From: a virus
Lineage: Duplodnaviria; Caudoviricetes
Reading direction: 5' to 3' (one strand)
Virus record (IMG/VR): IMGVR_UViG_3300028832_000102
Location: 64,015 to 128,014 of that record
Length of the DNA stretch: 64,000 bases
Shown: one piece after another, positions 11,101 to 21,886 of the stretch
Layout of the letters: the number at the start of each line of letters is the position of its first letter
Numbering within the stretch: position 1 is the stretch's first letter
Translations under genes and position numbers: made by a program
Notes under the pieces: generated by a model
The model's input: the letters and a program-made list of their open reading frames with translations, nothing else
Told to the model about the DNA's origin: nothing
The model's database searches: none

Positions 11101-14100
11101 GCTATTTCACAGATGAATAGCATCTATGGTAAGTACCTAGGCTTCATCCTGACAGAGGCTAATTACTCAGATTTGGCAGCTGCAGCCCACGACAAGGTGA
11201 CGGCTGCTATCAAGCGCGAGATGCTAATTAAACAAAAGCAAGCGGCCTTGGTTAATGTGGACAGCGAATACGCTGACAATATTGCCAAGGACTATGGTAA
11301 TCTATATGAACGATTGGTCAAATATGGCAAACTGGAGCGCAGTGAGGCTGCAAAGGTCATGAGCGACATGCAGAAATTCATGCGCGAGAATATGAAATAC
11401 GATGCCACCAAGAATGAAACGATAGTAAAAAGTGCCGTCATTAACCAACTGAAGAAGAAAAATAAAGATATAGATTTAAGCGATGCTGATGCCAGTGAGA
11501 TTGCCGGTTTGTGGTTTAATCAGTATTTAAAAGACAATTATCATATAGACGAAGGAGTAAGAGAGGGGCTTTCGGGTGTTTCGTTTAATTACAAATTAGA
11601 CAAAGGATGGGGTAACGTCCTTACTTTTGCGTCGAACTTACGTGGCGATTACGCCGATACATACGCTAAGCGCGAGCAGGAGCGTGGAGCCGTTGCACAA
11701 GTTTTTGACGTTGATATCTCATCTGTGGAGGGTGATGAAAGCAAATCTGCAACAGAACTACTGCAGCGCATGGAGAAAAGAGCTAACGAAGCTAAGAAGA
11801 AAATCCTCGATAAGAAAATATCCGACAAGGAACGTAACGAGGCTTATGGCGAACTTGCCAACTCTCTTGAGGGACTGGAGAATCGTATCAACGAACTGGA
11901 TCCGCAGAAGGATGCCGAGACAATTAACCGTTTGAACAAGATGGCTACTTCACTCAAGGGAGAAGGTATCGACATCAAGAAACTGAAGAAAGCCCGCGAG
12001 CAGATTCACCAGACCCTGTTTGAAAAGGCCACATTTGACGAGAATACCCTCAATAACCTCGATACTACTAATCCGCAGGGTAAGAAACTCGGTGCCGACT
12101 CTACCGACTGGAAGAACATGACGGCAGAACAACTGGTGAACCGACGCAAGCAGATGAAGGACTTCGTGAACGCCATTCAGACAGACTCGGATATTCAGAA
12201 GGTGCTGGGTGAGGATGCTGCTCTGAAGAAAGCTATTGATAAGGGTATGTCTTCAGATATGCGTACCGTGGTAGAGTGGTACAATACCGAGCGCCTGAAG
12301 ATTCAGGACGAGCTGTACAGCCGCCACCTGACGAACACCGGCGACTGGAAAGACCCGAAGAAGGGGTCTGGCTCGTGGCGCAAGCAGCTGCAGACGGACT
12401 TCGACACATACCTGAAGATACTCGATGCCTACTACACCGAGCGCAAGGCGAAGATAGAGAAGGCTCAGACAGAGGAGGGTATGAGCGAGGCAGAGGCACA
12501 GCGCCTGACCATCGAGAACGAGACGGTATGGCGCAAGCATCGCATGGAGCTGCAGAAGATTTACCTGGGCAAGGGTGCCGAGATAGCCAAGGAGGAACGG
12601 CAGCGCATCTATAACATCCTGGGTGAGCAGGACGAGGAAGACCCGAAGTTCGTGGAAAAGACCATCGCCCGCTCGCTGGAGAAGATGAAAGAGCTGGAGA
12701 GCAAGGGCGAGCAGGGACTGGTGGAGTACCGAAAGATTGAGTCGAAGCTCATCAAGGACATCGCCACCGACCTGTATAAGCAGCAGAACACCGTGTCGAA
12801 GCAGATGGAGGCCATCAGCAAGATTATCGCGGAAGAGCGGCCCTTCGACGGACTGGTGGAGAACCTGGAGAAGAACCTTTCAACGATGGGTATCCTCTTT
12901 GCCGAGCTTGACAAGAAGCGTCAGGAGGCCATTGCCGCAGGACTGGAACCTGAGGATGACACCCGTCTGCGCGGTCAGGAAGAGGTGAACAAGCGTATGC
13001 TGGTATTGATGCAGCAGGCCGAGGATGCCTACACACTGACCTTCGACAAGCTGAAGGAGGTAATGATCAAGGAGGGCTTTGCCGACTGGGCCAACGCCAT
13101 TGAGAACGACGACCAGCTGAGCAAGGGTATGATGGCCATGCTGCGCAAGATGTACGACGACGTCCACAACACCATCAAGAAGGAGTCCACCCAGATGAAA
13201 AAGGAACTGGATATCTGGTGGAACGACGTAGAGGGTGAGGGCAAGTTGAGCCGCAAGGGTGGCTTCGAGAAGATGCTGAGCGACCTGGGTCTGAAGGAAG
13301 ACCAGGTGAAGCGGGCTAACAGTCTGATAGGTGCCGGTGCAGCTTCGGAGCGCGTGGCTGACAAGCTGGCTATCCAGCAGATGCGCGTGCGTCTGGCGAT
13401 GCAAAATGCCTACTATGCCAAGATGAAGGAGATAGGCAAACTGCGCGTGAAGCAGTTGGAGGACGAAGCGGAGGATTACAAGAAGGCTGGCGACATGCAG
13501 AACTACGAGCTGAAGATGCTCGATGCAAAGCACGCACAGCAAGCCTTGAACCTCTCGCTCTCTGAGGAACAGAAGAAGGTACTGGAACAGGAGGTGGCCA
13601 TCACCAACCAGTTGGAGGAATCCCAGAACCGCCTGTATAAGGAGCTGAAGGAGTGGGGCGACCTGCTCTATAGCAGTGTGCGCGAAATAATGGAAGCTGA
13701 GCAGGCGGGCAACGCGGAGTACTACAACGAGCGTGCGAAGCTGAACCTGACGGGCAATGGCGGGCCTGGAGCGGGCACGTACGTCGTGATTGAAGACGAG
13801 GGTACGGAGGACGCTACCGCCCACTACGAGTACCTGGACGAGCGCCAGGCCCTGGAGCGCCAGCACGAGATAGAGCGCGAGAACGCCCAGGCCGAGGCAT
13901 GGGAGAAACTTTTCGACGACTTTAATCAAAAAATGGCGGATAGCATCACCGACTGGATGAATGCCTACCTGCAAAATCAAGCCGTGGAAGCGAACACGCA
14001 GGCACTGAAGGAGAATACCGAGAAGCATCAATCGCAGCTGGAAATCATCAAAGAACAGGACGGTATCATTGAGTACAATACAGATGCCACACGCTCGAAT

Positions 14101-15384
14101 ACCAACGCGCTGAAAACGCTGACTGATAAACTGGCTGAGGGAATTGCTATCAAGCCTGCAACCGATACTGGCTCAAATCCAGCCACTGCTCAGGGTGGTA
14201 CCACGAGCATCACTACCGAGCAGACCACAGAGGGAGATCAGTCTATGATGGTAATGCCTGGCGTGACTCCGGGCGTGCAGTGGACACTGACCGAAGACCA
14301 GATGGAGGCAGAACAGGCACAGCTGGATCAGCGCGTGCAGATGCAGATTGATGCTGCGGAAAAGGTGAGGATAGCCCAGGAGGATTCGTTCCACAAAGCG
14401 GCCAAGACAGAGGGCGACACTGGCAAACAGATGCAGAAGAGCTCGCAAAGCACGTTTGCCAAGATGACGATGGCTGCCAACATGTATGGTGTGGCTTATC
14501 AGGCTATGTCGAATGACAACCTGAGCACCACGCAGAAGTTTGAAATGATGGCACTGCAGGCGGTTGGTAACTATGCTATCGGCGCTCTGACCACCGAGAT
14601 GGCGGCGGCATCGGCGAAGGCGGCTACCGACAGTCCGGGCGTGCTTGGTAAGCTATGGAAGGAGCTGGGATGGGCTGCAACACCGGTGTTTGCTATCTTT
14701 ACAGGTTTGTTGGGTGGCTTGATGGGATTGGCTTCAAGCAAGATAGGTAAGGCGAAGAGCCAGATTGCTCAGGCTACCGGTGCCAGCAGCGCAAGTGCTG
14801 GCAAGCTTACCACGGGTATGCTGGCGTATGCCGAGGGTAACGTGAACGAGTTCACTGATCCGGGCACACTGACTCCCGGACGTTCGTACAACGTTGATGC
14901 TGCCGACGGAAAAACGTATCGCGCAAAATACACGGGAAGTAACCCGAAGACGCACATTACCAACGGACCTGAGTTCCACCTTGTGGGCGAGGCAGGACGC
15001 GAGGCGATCATCGACGCGCACACCACCCGCAACATCCAGCTGAACGAGCCTGAGATATGGGGCGCAATCAAGACCCTTTACAACGGCGGCTCCCTCAGCC
15101 ACACGCCCACCCGCCGCCGTGGCGTCCGCGCCTTCGCCGACGGCAACATCGACGACTTCGAGGACGTGCTCGGCGGTTCCGCCACCGAGAATGGGATGGG
15201 CGGCTTCACGCCAGAGATGGCCATGTCGATGCAGGCATCGCTCGACCGTAACAGCGAGGTAATGGAGCAGATTGCCGCCAACGGCATCGAGGCATTCGTA
15301 AGCCCCTACGGCCCGCGTGGCGTCGTCGCTGGCTACGACAAGGCGAAGAGGGAGGCCATGAGGCACGGGGAGAAATACCTATAG
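5161..15384 (+). CDS. Tail tape measure protein (3407 aa)
   Basis: Very long coiled-coil ORF with a TP901-like core (LSDKMGEVRKTTG...ISAKAGQLG...FVKRVGAVG...SATALSR) and a C-terminal HLVGEAGREAII motif. Confidence 0.9.
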   Translation: MANRYDIIRIDFQASAKGANTAIESIRQEAEQCNNKISELKKNIAEAPKNGTDAKIVEGWNAELKVMDKRFKQFNTAYKELIKGMRALDEGVKMFNDGSLSQMNAAFQKTVNNAAKLAQSKLETGSNEWRQMGALMQETEQNYARMQRDTDQLIESLKNGGTVFRKTLDDEIKGLQDLMRILPYMGTEYRKAEEQMKFLVKTSDELIIKERQMQGEIATTNDARRVSYQLTKEGAEAARQRVAAADEEIEKGKQIIANLEEEQKTREANARVSAQAAAEYRQNQKMHEDEIERLDAEMKKEMELAKSKKNGVEALKEKALGLQDEAETEKKKQQELDGVRDTAREKVEKLRQEYEALKQSVGSAPAKDPVSEAVKAGAEEVVEVVKKEAEETKKKTTAKKEENQATKEATEIKKEEVKVEEKVVETQKEENNTVELLMAANDKIQEKIKELTAECEKLAAAQKEGALATKEEANAFADLSKEQAEAMLKQKQALSTFKAEGGKMTVTNREEAQQYLFDVIGEIAPSNVGKTNLSIQNGKEKIGQLLGKFRERYGLKDDNESMDAIRELMSGGGLIKSGFMNPQFLILEQNTAKIDAFNKSIKDLTAVINGETKAVEENVEKKKTLEEIDAEINLLDRQSAELSKQTARIRNGISDGTVKEVKANSKLAESHNQNTEAIKKEIEAIKQLTREQVKSLRDEMLTKSTVGWKANKLDASNLEQVQHWIITEARKLGNMDENGVVSLKGNNIDKLMTEFHKTYGVNGEPGISNDLFKEIIKGEGGGLFKKGGSLKGDDLKININNEAYDARLQKLEAIFEITNKIANASNNSSRTTKEHTDAIAEQEQKVKDLKQKWEEAKVEYNKYNDEYKKKVSEAKRLSRGSMDEQVLAVEKEAKADTYKETYVDPAAKRREQYRKLHASANAVLTRMRNAQSQDTDETQKNTDAQNQNTEATENNTKSKGRKKKAAEETAKATAEETQKSAELLAKEKELSDAEKELETAQKNAENQQKKTTKAVEDAEAAVTKADEADKKHVETMDKLADEQQQHKKDLQELNEANKDTIATNEKNQQLLAETNNKILEQGEKIRDAERIKAQAKTEGIEKTEKAIRLLKEENDRIDQNSFTWKRNTIEIQHLQEALDEMKGKPALMMMEQRMKNVGSLSNTAFEETKKFWQAMYDGADKGSDKLKEAEEHLKKIAEEEAARVRVKGAEAISFFNDKNVFSGVDSEGNQIFKTKAEAASAAETAEQVKALQVYRDLLPKDTDAATIESINKILEEQTRIAKELTGEWMSYDDAVELASKAGGEGFIATTQQMQQAVQAMERQRDELIKTIQLKQKDGKATADEQAQLEKLEKELKDLKFEQDNFNMSHDKMKRLLKEPTRADNLDELKAAIKRADGELHRMGQTMDKNNKEYKEFAEQVRNAKNMLKEMEGQAKASATAWEKAWSRLKTYVVMYMGFNAVWKKFMGTADDLMQLSDKMGEVRKTTGFSADEVGRLSDNLKKLDVRTPLTQLLEISAKAGQLGLKSEQDVMGFTEAANKLMIALPEMGAEAATEMMKVAIATGEVKKIQDQLNQGLIEGSSATEVALEKVGSTIDQLRANSAAAAPQITDFVKRVGAVGAQSGITIDQVAALGATVDAIGLRVEMSATALSRMIPAIRNNAFDVAKAIGMAPNALREMFDKAGGGMEAMLAIFQHIKDAGLDPDSIEKLLGMGGMQDVMKQLNQQGARAGIVFAGLSQNVDELRKNLGVAHEAYEDNIAILQEYNKMNDTTAAKWDRFKNKLEEFFVGDRTQRWLGGLITGMRTVLDLLTGSNGWAAAFRTIVLYLGVVKLNIAGVLSGVKNISVSLKGIAMTIGLIDKETKKLAWGNIFTAAAAAVLWLWVELTDLKSAVDKANEALGKTKEETDRVIDRFEGYWAKLKSTNEALVQAKASHEKLSAEVDKLRKSTDGSAESTAKLKEKEDELTKSEDSVTRASNDHKSAISQMNSIYGKYLGFILTEANYSDLAAAAHDKVTAAIKREMLIKQKQAALVNVDSEYADNIAKDYGNLYERLVKYGKLERSEAAKVMSDMQKFMRENMKYDATKNETIVKSAVINQLKKKNKDIDLSDADASEIAGLWFNQYLKDNYHIDEGVREGLSGVSFNYKLDKGWGNVLTFASNLRGDYADTYAKREQERGAVAQVFDVDISSVEGDESKSATELLQRMEKRANEAKKKILDKKISDKERNEAYGELANSLEGLENRINELDPQKDAETINRLNKMATSLKGEGIDIKKLKKAREQIHQTLFEKATFDENTLNNLDTTNPQGKKLGADSTDWKNMTAEQLVNRRKQMKDFVNAIQTDSDIQKVLGEDAALKKAIDKGMSSDMRTVVEWYNTERLKIQDELYSRHLTNTGDWKDPKKGSGSWRKQLQTDFDTYLKILDAYYTERKAKIEKAQTEEGMSEAEAQRLTIENETVWRKHRMELQKIYLGKGAEIAKEERQRIYNILGEQDEEDPKFVEKTIARSLEKMKELESKGEQGLVEYRKIESKLIKDIATDLYKQQNTVSKQMEAISKIIAEERPFDGLVENLEKNLSTMGILFAELDKKRQEAIAAGLEPEDDTRLRGQEEVNKRMLVLMQQAEDAYTLTFDKLKEVMIKEGFADWANAIENDDQLSKGMMAMLRKMYDDVHNTIKKESTQMKKELDIWWNDVEGEGKLSRKGGFEKMLSDLGLKEDQVKRANSLIGAGAASERVADKLAIQQMRVRLAMQNAYYAKMKEIGKLRVKQLEDEAEDYKKAGDMQNYELKMLDAKHAQQALNLSLSEEQKKVLEQEVAITNQLEESQNRLYKELKEWGDLLYSSVREIMEAEQAGNAEYYNERAKLNLTGNGGPGAGTYVVIEDEGTEDATAHYEYLDERQALERQHEIERENAQAEAWEKLFDDFNQKMADSITDWMNAYLQNQAVEANTQALKENTEKHQSQLEIIKEQDGIIEYNTDATRSNTNALKTLTDKLAEGIAIKPATDTGSNPATAQGGTTSITTEQTTEGDQSMMVMPGVTPGVQWTLTEDQMEAEQAQLDQRVQMQIDAAEKVRIAQEDSFHKAAKTEGDTGKQMQKSSQSTFAKMTMAANMYGVAYQAMSNDNLSTTQKFEMMALQAVGNYAIGALTTEMAAASAKAATDSPGVLGKLWKELGWAATPVFAIFTGLLGGLMGLASSKIGKAKSQIAQATGASSASAGKLTTGMLAYAEGNVNEFTDPGTLTPGRSYNVDAADGKTYRAKYTGSNPKTHITNGPEFHLVGEAGREAIIDAHTTRNIQLNEPEIWGAIKTLYNGGSLSHTPTRRRGVRAFADGNIDDFEDVLGGSATENGMGGFTPEMAMSMQASLDRNSEVMEQIAANGIEAFVSPYGPRGVVAGYDKAKREAMRHGEKYL

Positions 15385-15419
15385 AAAGAAACGTGGTTTA
15401 ATTAATTCACAACGAAGAC

Positions 15420-17801
15420 ATGCGAAGTATTGATTTAGTAATCCCAATGGTTTTTCCTGATGACGAGAAGTGGCAGAAGGAATATGCGAGAATGAACGGA
15501 AACGTTGTCACGGTGCAGAGGAACGTGAGGTTCCGTTCGTGGGGAACGGAAGAACTTCTTATGGAATGTTGTTTGAAGTTCATGCCGTGGTTGAGACGCA
15601 TTCATATCCTACTGGCGTCTGAATCGCAGGTAAGGCCGTGGATGGCTCGTTTCACGGAACGCCATGAGGAGGATAGTGTTGAAGTAAGGGTGGTATTCCA
15701 CCGAGACTTCATGCCATGGGAGCTGCTGCCTTGCTTCAACATTAACACGATAGAGATGTTCCTGCACAGGATACCGGAGCTGGCGGAGCAGTTTGTCTAT
15801 AGCAACGACGACTTCTACCCGTTGTCGCCGCTGGTGCCTGAGGATTTCTTCAGCGATGGTCTGCCATGCCAGCATCATGAAGAGAATCCTTACCCTGCGT
15901 CGCCCAACACGTTCCAGAAGTTTGTCAAGAACGGACTGGACATGGTTGCTGCGGACTTTGGCAGACGGTTTCGGAATACATGGCTGCGTGGGGGACACTC
16001 GATGCAGCCGATGTTACGATCCACGGTAGAGGAGGTCTGCGAGCGACATCACGACCGTATTGCGGAGTCTTTCTCCTTCAGCAGGAACAAGAAGAACTTT
16101 AATCAGTATATTTTCCCCTTCTACCAGCATCTTTCGGGTAAATACGTGGACCATGTTCCTGCAAGTCAATATGTAGGTCCAAGAACACCAACTTCGCAAA
16201 TAACCGCTATTCTTCGAAATCCTGCGTGTGGGATTGTTTGCATCAACGACAATTCTGCCATTGACGACTGGAAGACGAGAGCCGATATTGTAAAAAGGGA
16301 AATCACAAAGAAACTGAGCGAGGGGAAGAAAGAAATAGTTACTGAGGCTCGACATAATTATAAAAATAAAAAAGCTATGGAAGTACTAATCATTCACTAC
16401 AACACACCGGAGCTGACGGCAGCTGCGGTCAGGTCGCTGCTAAAGCAGACACCGGAAGCAAGAGTTACGCTGTTTGACAATAGCGACAAGAGACCATGGG
16501 TCAACCAGGAGGATTTAAAGGAAAGCGTGGAGGTCATCGACAATACGAAGGGACAAATCGTGGATTGGGACGAGTGGCTGGCGACGTTTCCCGACAAAAA
16601 GAATACCACGGCAAACAACTGGGCGAGTGCCAAGCACTGCTATTCAGTGGAGTTGTGTATGGACAGGTTTCTTGATGGTTTCATCTTGATGGACAGCGAT
16701 GTGCTCGTAAAGAAAGACATTTCTGGTCTGGTGGACAAGGGGTGTGCTTTCGTGGGAGAGGAGTGTGCCGGAACGAAGAAGTTCCCTGTGCCGAGAGTAC
16801 TCCCGATGCTGTGCTGGATCAACACGCCGATGCTGAAGGAGGCGGGCATACGCTACTATAATGCGGAAAAGATGTGGAAGCTGACATCCAAGGCTCCAAA
16901 CTGCTACTACGACACTGGCGCGTGGTTACTGGAGGCGGTAAGGGAAGCAGGACTTAACTGCCGTAATATCTCTTTTAAGGACTACATTCTGCATTATGGA
17001 CACGGGTCGTGGCGCAACCGGCAGAAGACGGCAGGGACATGGCTTGAGGAGAACCGCAGCTTGTGGTGCCAGAAAAAGGCTAACGACAACGTGCGTATTT
17101 ACGTATGTACGCATACGGACTTCAAGCAGGTGGTTAAAGACCATGTCTATGAGGTGGTAGATGCAAGACAGTGGAACGGGGATGTTTGTGACAACGGGCT
17201 GCGCGGTTCGTTCTATTCGGAACTGATTTCCTATAAACATATTGCCGAGAGAAAGGACTTGCCTGAGTTGGTGGGATTCTGTTGCTACAGGAAGTATTTC
17301 TCTTTTATGGATGACGTGCCCGACTTTTCGGAGGTATTCGGAGAGTATGACGCAGTGGCAGCAACGCCAATCCGTGTGCTCCCTGACGTGGCAGGGCAAT
17401 ATGCGCATTGCCACAACAAACGGGATCTTGCCATCGTGACGGACATTGTGAAAAGAGACTATCCGGAGATGTGGCCTTCGTTCTCGAGAAGCCTGAGACA
17501 ACCATCACTCTATGCTTGCAACATGTTTATCGTGCGCAGGGAGGATTTCCGATGGATGATACAGACGGTCTTTGATATACTTGACAAGTACCTGGAGACG
17601 GTGGGCATGGATATTGAGGGACGCATTGAGTCTAACCCGAGGGAATACCATATCGGAAGACCAAGAACGGGTGTCGTGGCCTACCAGTACCGCATAGGCG
17701 GATTTCTGGGCGAGCGTATCATCAATGCCTTGCTGAGATTCCGTTTCCAGCACATTAAGCATTACGATAAGGTCATAACGCAACAATCTATAGGTATTTA
17801 A
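15420..17801 (+). CDS. Three-domain glycosyltransferase: Stealth-family + GT-A (GT2-like) + DUF4422-like
   Basis: Stealth: IDLVIPMV, RFRSWG, FNINTIE, FVYSNDDFY, CINDN. GT-A: IIHYNTPEL..FDNS..LMDSDV. DUF4422-like: IYVCTH, FYSEL, VGFCCYRKYF, CNMFI, GFLGERI. Confidence 0.8.
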   Translation: MRSIDLVIPMVFPDDEKWQKEYARMNGNVVTVQRNVRFRSWGTEELLMECCLKFMPWLRRIHILLASESQVRPWMARFTERHEEDSVEVRVVFHRDFMPWELLPCFNINTIEMFLHRIPELAEQFVYSNDDFYPLSPLVPEDFFSDGLPCQHHEENPYPASPNTFQKFVKNGLDMVAADFGRRFRNTWLRGGHSMQPMLRSTVEEVCERHHDRIAESFSFSRNKKNFNQYIFPFYQHLSGKYVDHVPASQYVGPRTPTSQITAILRNPACGIVCINDNSAIDDWKTRADIVKREITKKLSEGKKEIVTEARHNYKNKKAMEVLIIHYNTPELTAAAVRSLLKQTPEARVTLFDNSDKRPWVNQEDLKESVEVIDNTKGQIVDWDEWLATFPDKKNTTANNWASAKHCYSVELCMDRFLDGFILMDSDVLVKKDISGLVDKGCAFVGEECAGTKKFPVPRVLPMLCWINTPMLKEAGIRYYNAEKMWKLTSKAPNCYYDTGAWLLEAVREAGLNCRNISFKDYILHYGHGSWRNRQKTAGTWLEENRSLWCQKKANDNVRIYVCTHTDFKQVVKDHVYEVVDARQWNGDVCDNGLRGSFYSELISYKHIAERKDLPELVGFCCYRKYFSFMDDVPDFSEVFGEYDAVAATPIRVLPDVAGQYAHCHNKRDLAIVTDIVKRDYPEMWPSFSRSLRQPSLYACNMFIVRREDFRWMIQTVFDILDKYLETVGMDIEGRIESNPREYHIGRPRTGVVAYQYRIGGFLGERIINALLRFRFQHIKHYDKVITQQSIGI

Positions 17802-17804
17802 GCC

Positions 17805-18614
17805 ATGAGAATAACACTATGTGCCATCGGAAGGATGGAGAACAGGTATGCCAGGGAATGGGTGGACTATCATCTGTCTATCGGGTTCGATCACATATAC
17901 ATTTGCGACAACAACAGAGTCGGGGAGGAACACTTCGAGGAGGTGATTGGTGATTATGTGAAGGAGGGTAGGGTGACTATTCTTAACTTCAGGAATATGG
18001 AACGTGTGCAGATTCGGGCTTACAACAAGTGCTATGCCTTATACGGTGGCACGTGTGACTGGATGGCGTTTCTTGACTTTGACGAGTATCTCGTAACATC
18101 AAAACCTCTTCAGGAGTTTCTTACGGGACGAGAAGGAATGGACTGTGTACTTGTTAACTGGAGAGTGATGACTGACAGCGGTCTTGTGAGTTACGACGCG
18201 CGTCCTGTGCGCGAACGGTTCACGGTGCCTCTGGATAATCATGTCTTGATGCGCGGAAAGCATCGCTACAACGACCATGTCAAGAGTATTGTGCGGGGTG
18301 GATTGGGGGTTAACACTGTTTTTGATAATTCTATGCACGTTCCGAAGATGGGAATACGCTGTTGTACAGCCAACGGCAACACTGCAACTCATTCTCCTTT
18401 CCATCCATGCGATCACAGCATAGCGCGGATAGACCATTACACAACAAAGACTCTGGAGGAGTGGCTGACAGTTAAGATGGTTCGTGGACTTGGACAGTCG
18501 GATTCTGACCGGTGGCGGCAGAAAATAGCTATCAAGCAGTTTTTCGAGATAAATAGCCATTCTCCAGAGAAGGATAAGATGGTGGCTGAATGGGCTGCCG
18601 ATGACTGCCCTTGA
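17805..18614 (+). CDS. Glycosyltransferase (GT92 / GT2_4-like)
   Basis: ENRYAREWVDYHLSIGFDHIYICDNN, WMAFLDFDEY (DxD), KSIVR, IDHYTTKT. Confidence 0.85.
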   Translation: MRITLCAIGRMENRYAREWVDYHLSIGFDHIYICDNNRVGEEHFEEVIGDYVKEGRVTILNFRNMERVQIRAYNKCYALYGGTCDWMAFLDFDEYLVTSKPLQEFLTGREGMDCVLVNWRVMTDSGLVSYDARPVRERFTVPLDNHVLMRGKHRYNDHVKSIVRGGLGVNTVFDNSMHVPKMGIRCCTANGNTATHSPFHPCDHSIARIDHYTTKTLEEWLTVKMVRGLGQSDSDRWRQKIAIKQFFEINSHSPEKDKMVAEWAADDCP

Positions 18615-18641
18615 CCTGTACAGGAGGAAATCGTATATTGA
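18606..18641 (+). promoter_or_regulatory. Putative late promoter (TGCCCTTG-N20-TATATTGA)
   Basis: Motif with 20-nt spacer just upstream of ATG 18657. Confidence 0.7.
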
Positions 18642-18656
18642 GGAAAAAATGATATC

Positions 18657-19838
18657 ATGCTTATCACCAATAGTAGCGAAATAGAGTTTTTGATGCCAAC
18701 GGCCAGGTGGGAAGATCCTCACCAGCTTTTCGGTTATCTGGAAGAGGAGGAGATGGTAGTCTTGGAACCTCTTCTGGGAGAAGCCTTGTATCAGTTTGTG
18801 GTGTCTGAGTACGATCGTCTTCGACAGGAATACTGGGATATAACAAAGGTTATGGGAGGTGGCGACGGGAAAATTTTGACTTCGAGCAATGAACACACCG
18901 ACGTAACCGAGGAGCAGGACAGAATCAACGCGGGGAATTACGTGAGGAGCAATTCTCGCACTCAAGTGAACGAGGAGGCGGTGGATGAGAAAGACTATAA
19001 GACCATTCAGCTTATCCGTATCTGCCAGCGCATTGAGTTCTACAAGATGCTTTCACACAAGGCGGGACTGCTGACCGTGAGTTTCAATGCGGGCGGTGGC
19101 ATGAACGTAGTGAGCGCTGACGGCTATGAGCCTGCCAGCGACAAGGATCGCGAGGAAGCACGTAAGGACGCTTTCATGAGTGCAGGACGGGCGGTGGACA
19201 GTCTGCTGTTGTTCCTGGAATCGGATGCTAAAGGTGAAAAGCTGTTTACCGAACTCTGGCAGCAAGCGGATGCTTTCTATTTGCACAAGGATCTGCTGTT
19301 CCAAACGGCTCACGTACTGAACCAGTTCCTCGACATCAACAACGAGCGATGGGCATACGTCAAACTGGTGCGTGACATCCGCTTCTGCCAGAACACCTAC
19401 CTAAAGCCTCGTATCGGCAACAAACTACTGCTGGCGGTGGTGGAGAGTCTGAATGGACAGAGCACTCAGGATACTCAGATTTTTACGGAGTTAGCCAACA
19501 TGCTCCGCACCGCGCTGGCTTTCTATGTGGAGAGCCGCCGACAGGATCTGGCTCCTGCTCGCGAGAAGTTGGCACGCAGGGACTCGATGACGGATGCGCA
19601 GCAGGCCATGGCAATGGCATGTGCTTATATCGAAGATAACCTGGATGAACTGGGCGAGGCGGCTGTGGGTTCTCCTATATATAACGCGGTGCGTGCGCGA
19701 GAGCGGCAGGAGGAGTATGACCGCAAGCATCAGGAGGAGGCACAGGAACGCCGGCGCATGGTGGCCTGTCAGCAGCAGCACAAGAAACTGTTTACGGCGT
19801 TCCCACACACCACCAGACAAGTGGATGTAAAGGACTGA
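18657..19838 (+). CDS. Putative head-tail adaptor-like structural protein
   Basis: 393 aa with an internal duplication (LEPLLGEALY / LKPRIGNKLL); lies next to the protease and capsid genes. Confidence 0.5.
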   Translation: MLITNSSEIEFLMPTARWEDPHQLFGYLEEEEMVVLEPLLGEALYQFVVSEYDRLRQEYWDITKVMGGGDGKILTSSNEHTDVTEEQDRINAGNYVRSNSRTQVNEEAVDEKDYKTIQLIRICQRIEFYKMLSHKAGLLTVSFNAGGGMNVVSADGYEPASDKDREEARKDAFMSAGRAVDSLLLFLESDAKGEKLFTELWQQADAFYLHKDLLFQTAHVLNQFLDINNERWAYVKLVRDIRFCQNTYLKPRIGNKLLLAVVESLNGQSTQDTQIFTELANMLRTALAFYVESRRQDLAPAREKLARRDSMTDAQQAMAMACAYIEDNLDELGEAAVGSPIYNAVRARERQEEYDRKHQEEAQERRRMVACQQQHKKLFTAFPHTTRQVDVKD

Positions 19839-19890
19839 AAGAAGGCAAAGAAGAGGGAGTAAAGGGAATAATGACAATGGCTCGAATATC

Positions 19891-19926
19891 TGCCCTTGAT
19901 GCAGCAGGCGCCCCTTCGTATATTTG
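19891..19926 (+). promoter_or_regulatory. Putative late promoter (TGCCCTTG-N20-TATATTTG) for protease-capsid
   Basis: Perfect Bacteroidota -7 box TAnnTTTG 20 nt after TGCCCTTG. Confidence 0.75.
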
Positions 19927-19959
19927 CAGTAAAGACACAAACACAAAAACGTAAAAGAT

Positions 19960-21813
<1,854 letters not shown>

Positions 21814-21886
21814 AGAATGGCCATTGAGAACTTAACAACACAACAACAGTAAACATAGTATTCACCCATTAAACAACACAAACATT

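Noticed and set aside
12880-14031. Long antisense or alternate-frame ORFs (also 18099-18965, 38976-39995, 41093-41941)
   Set aside because: Shadows of GC3-biased real genes; no motifs or plausible starts.
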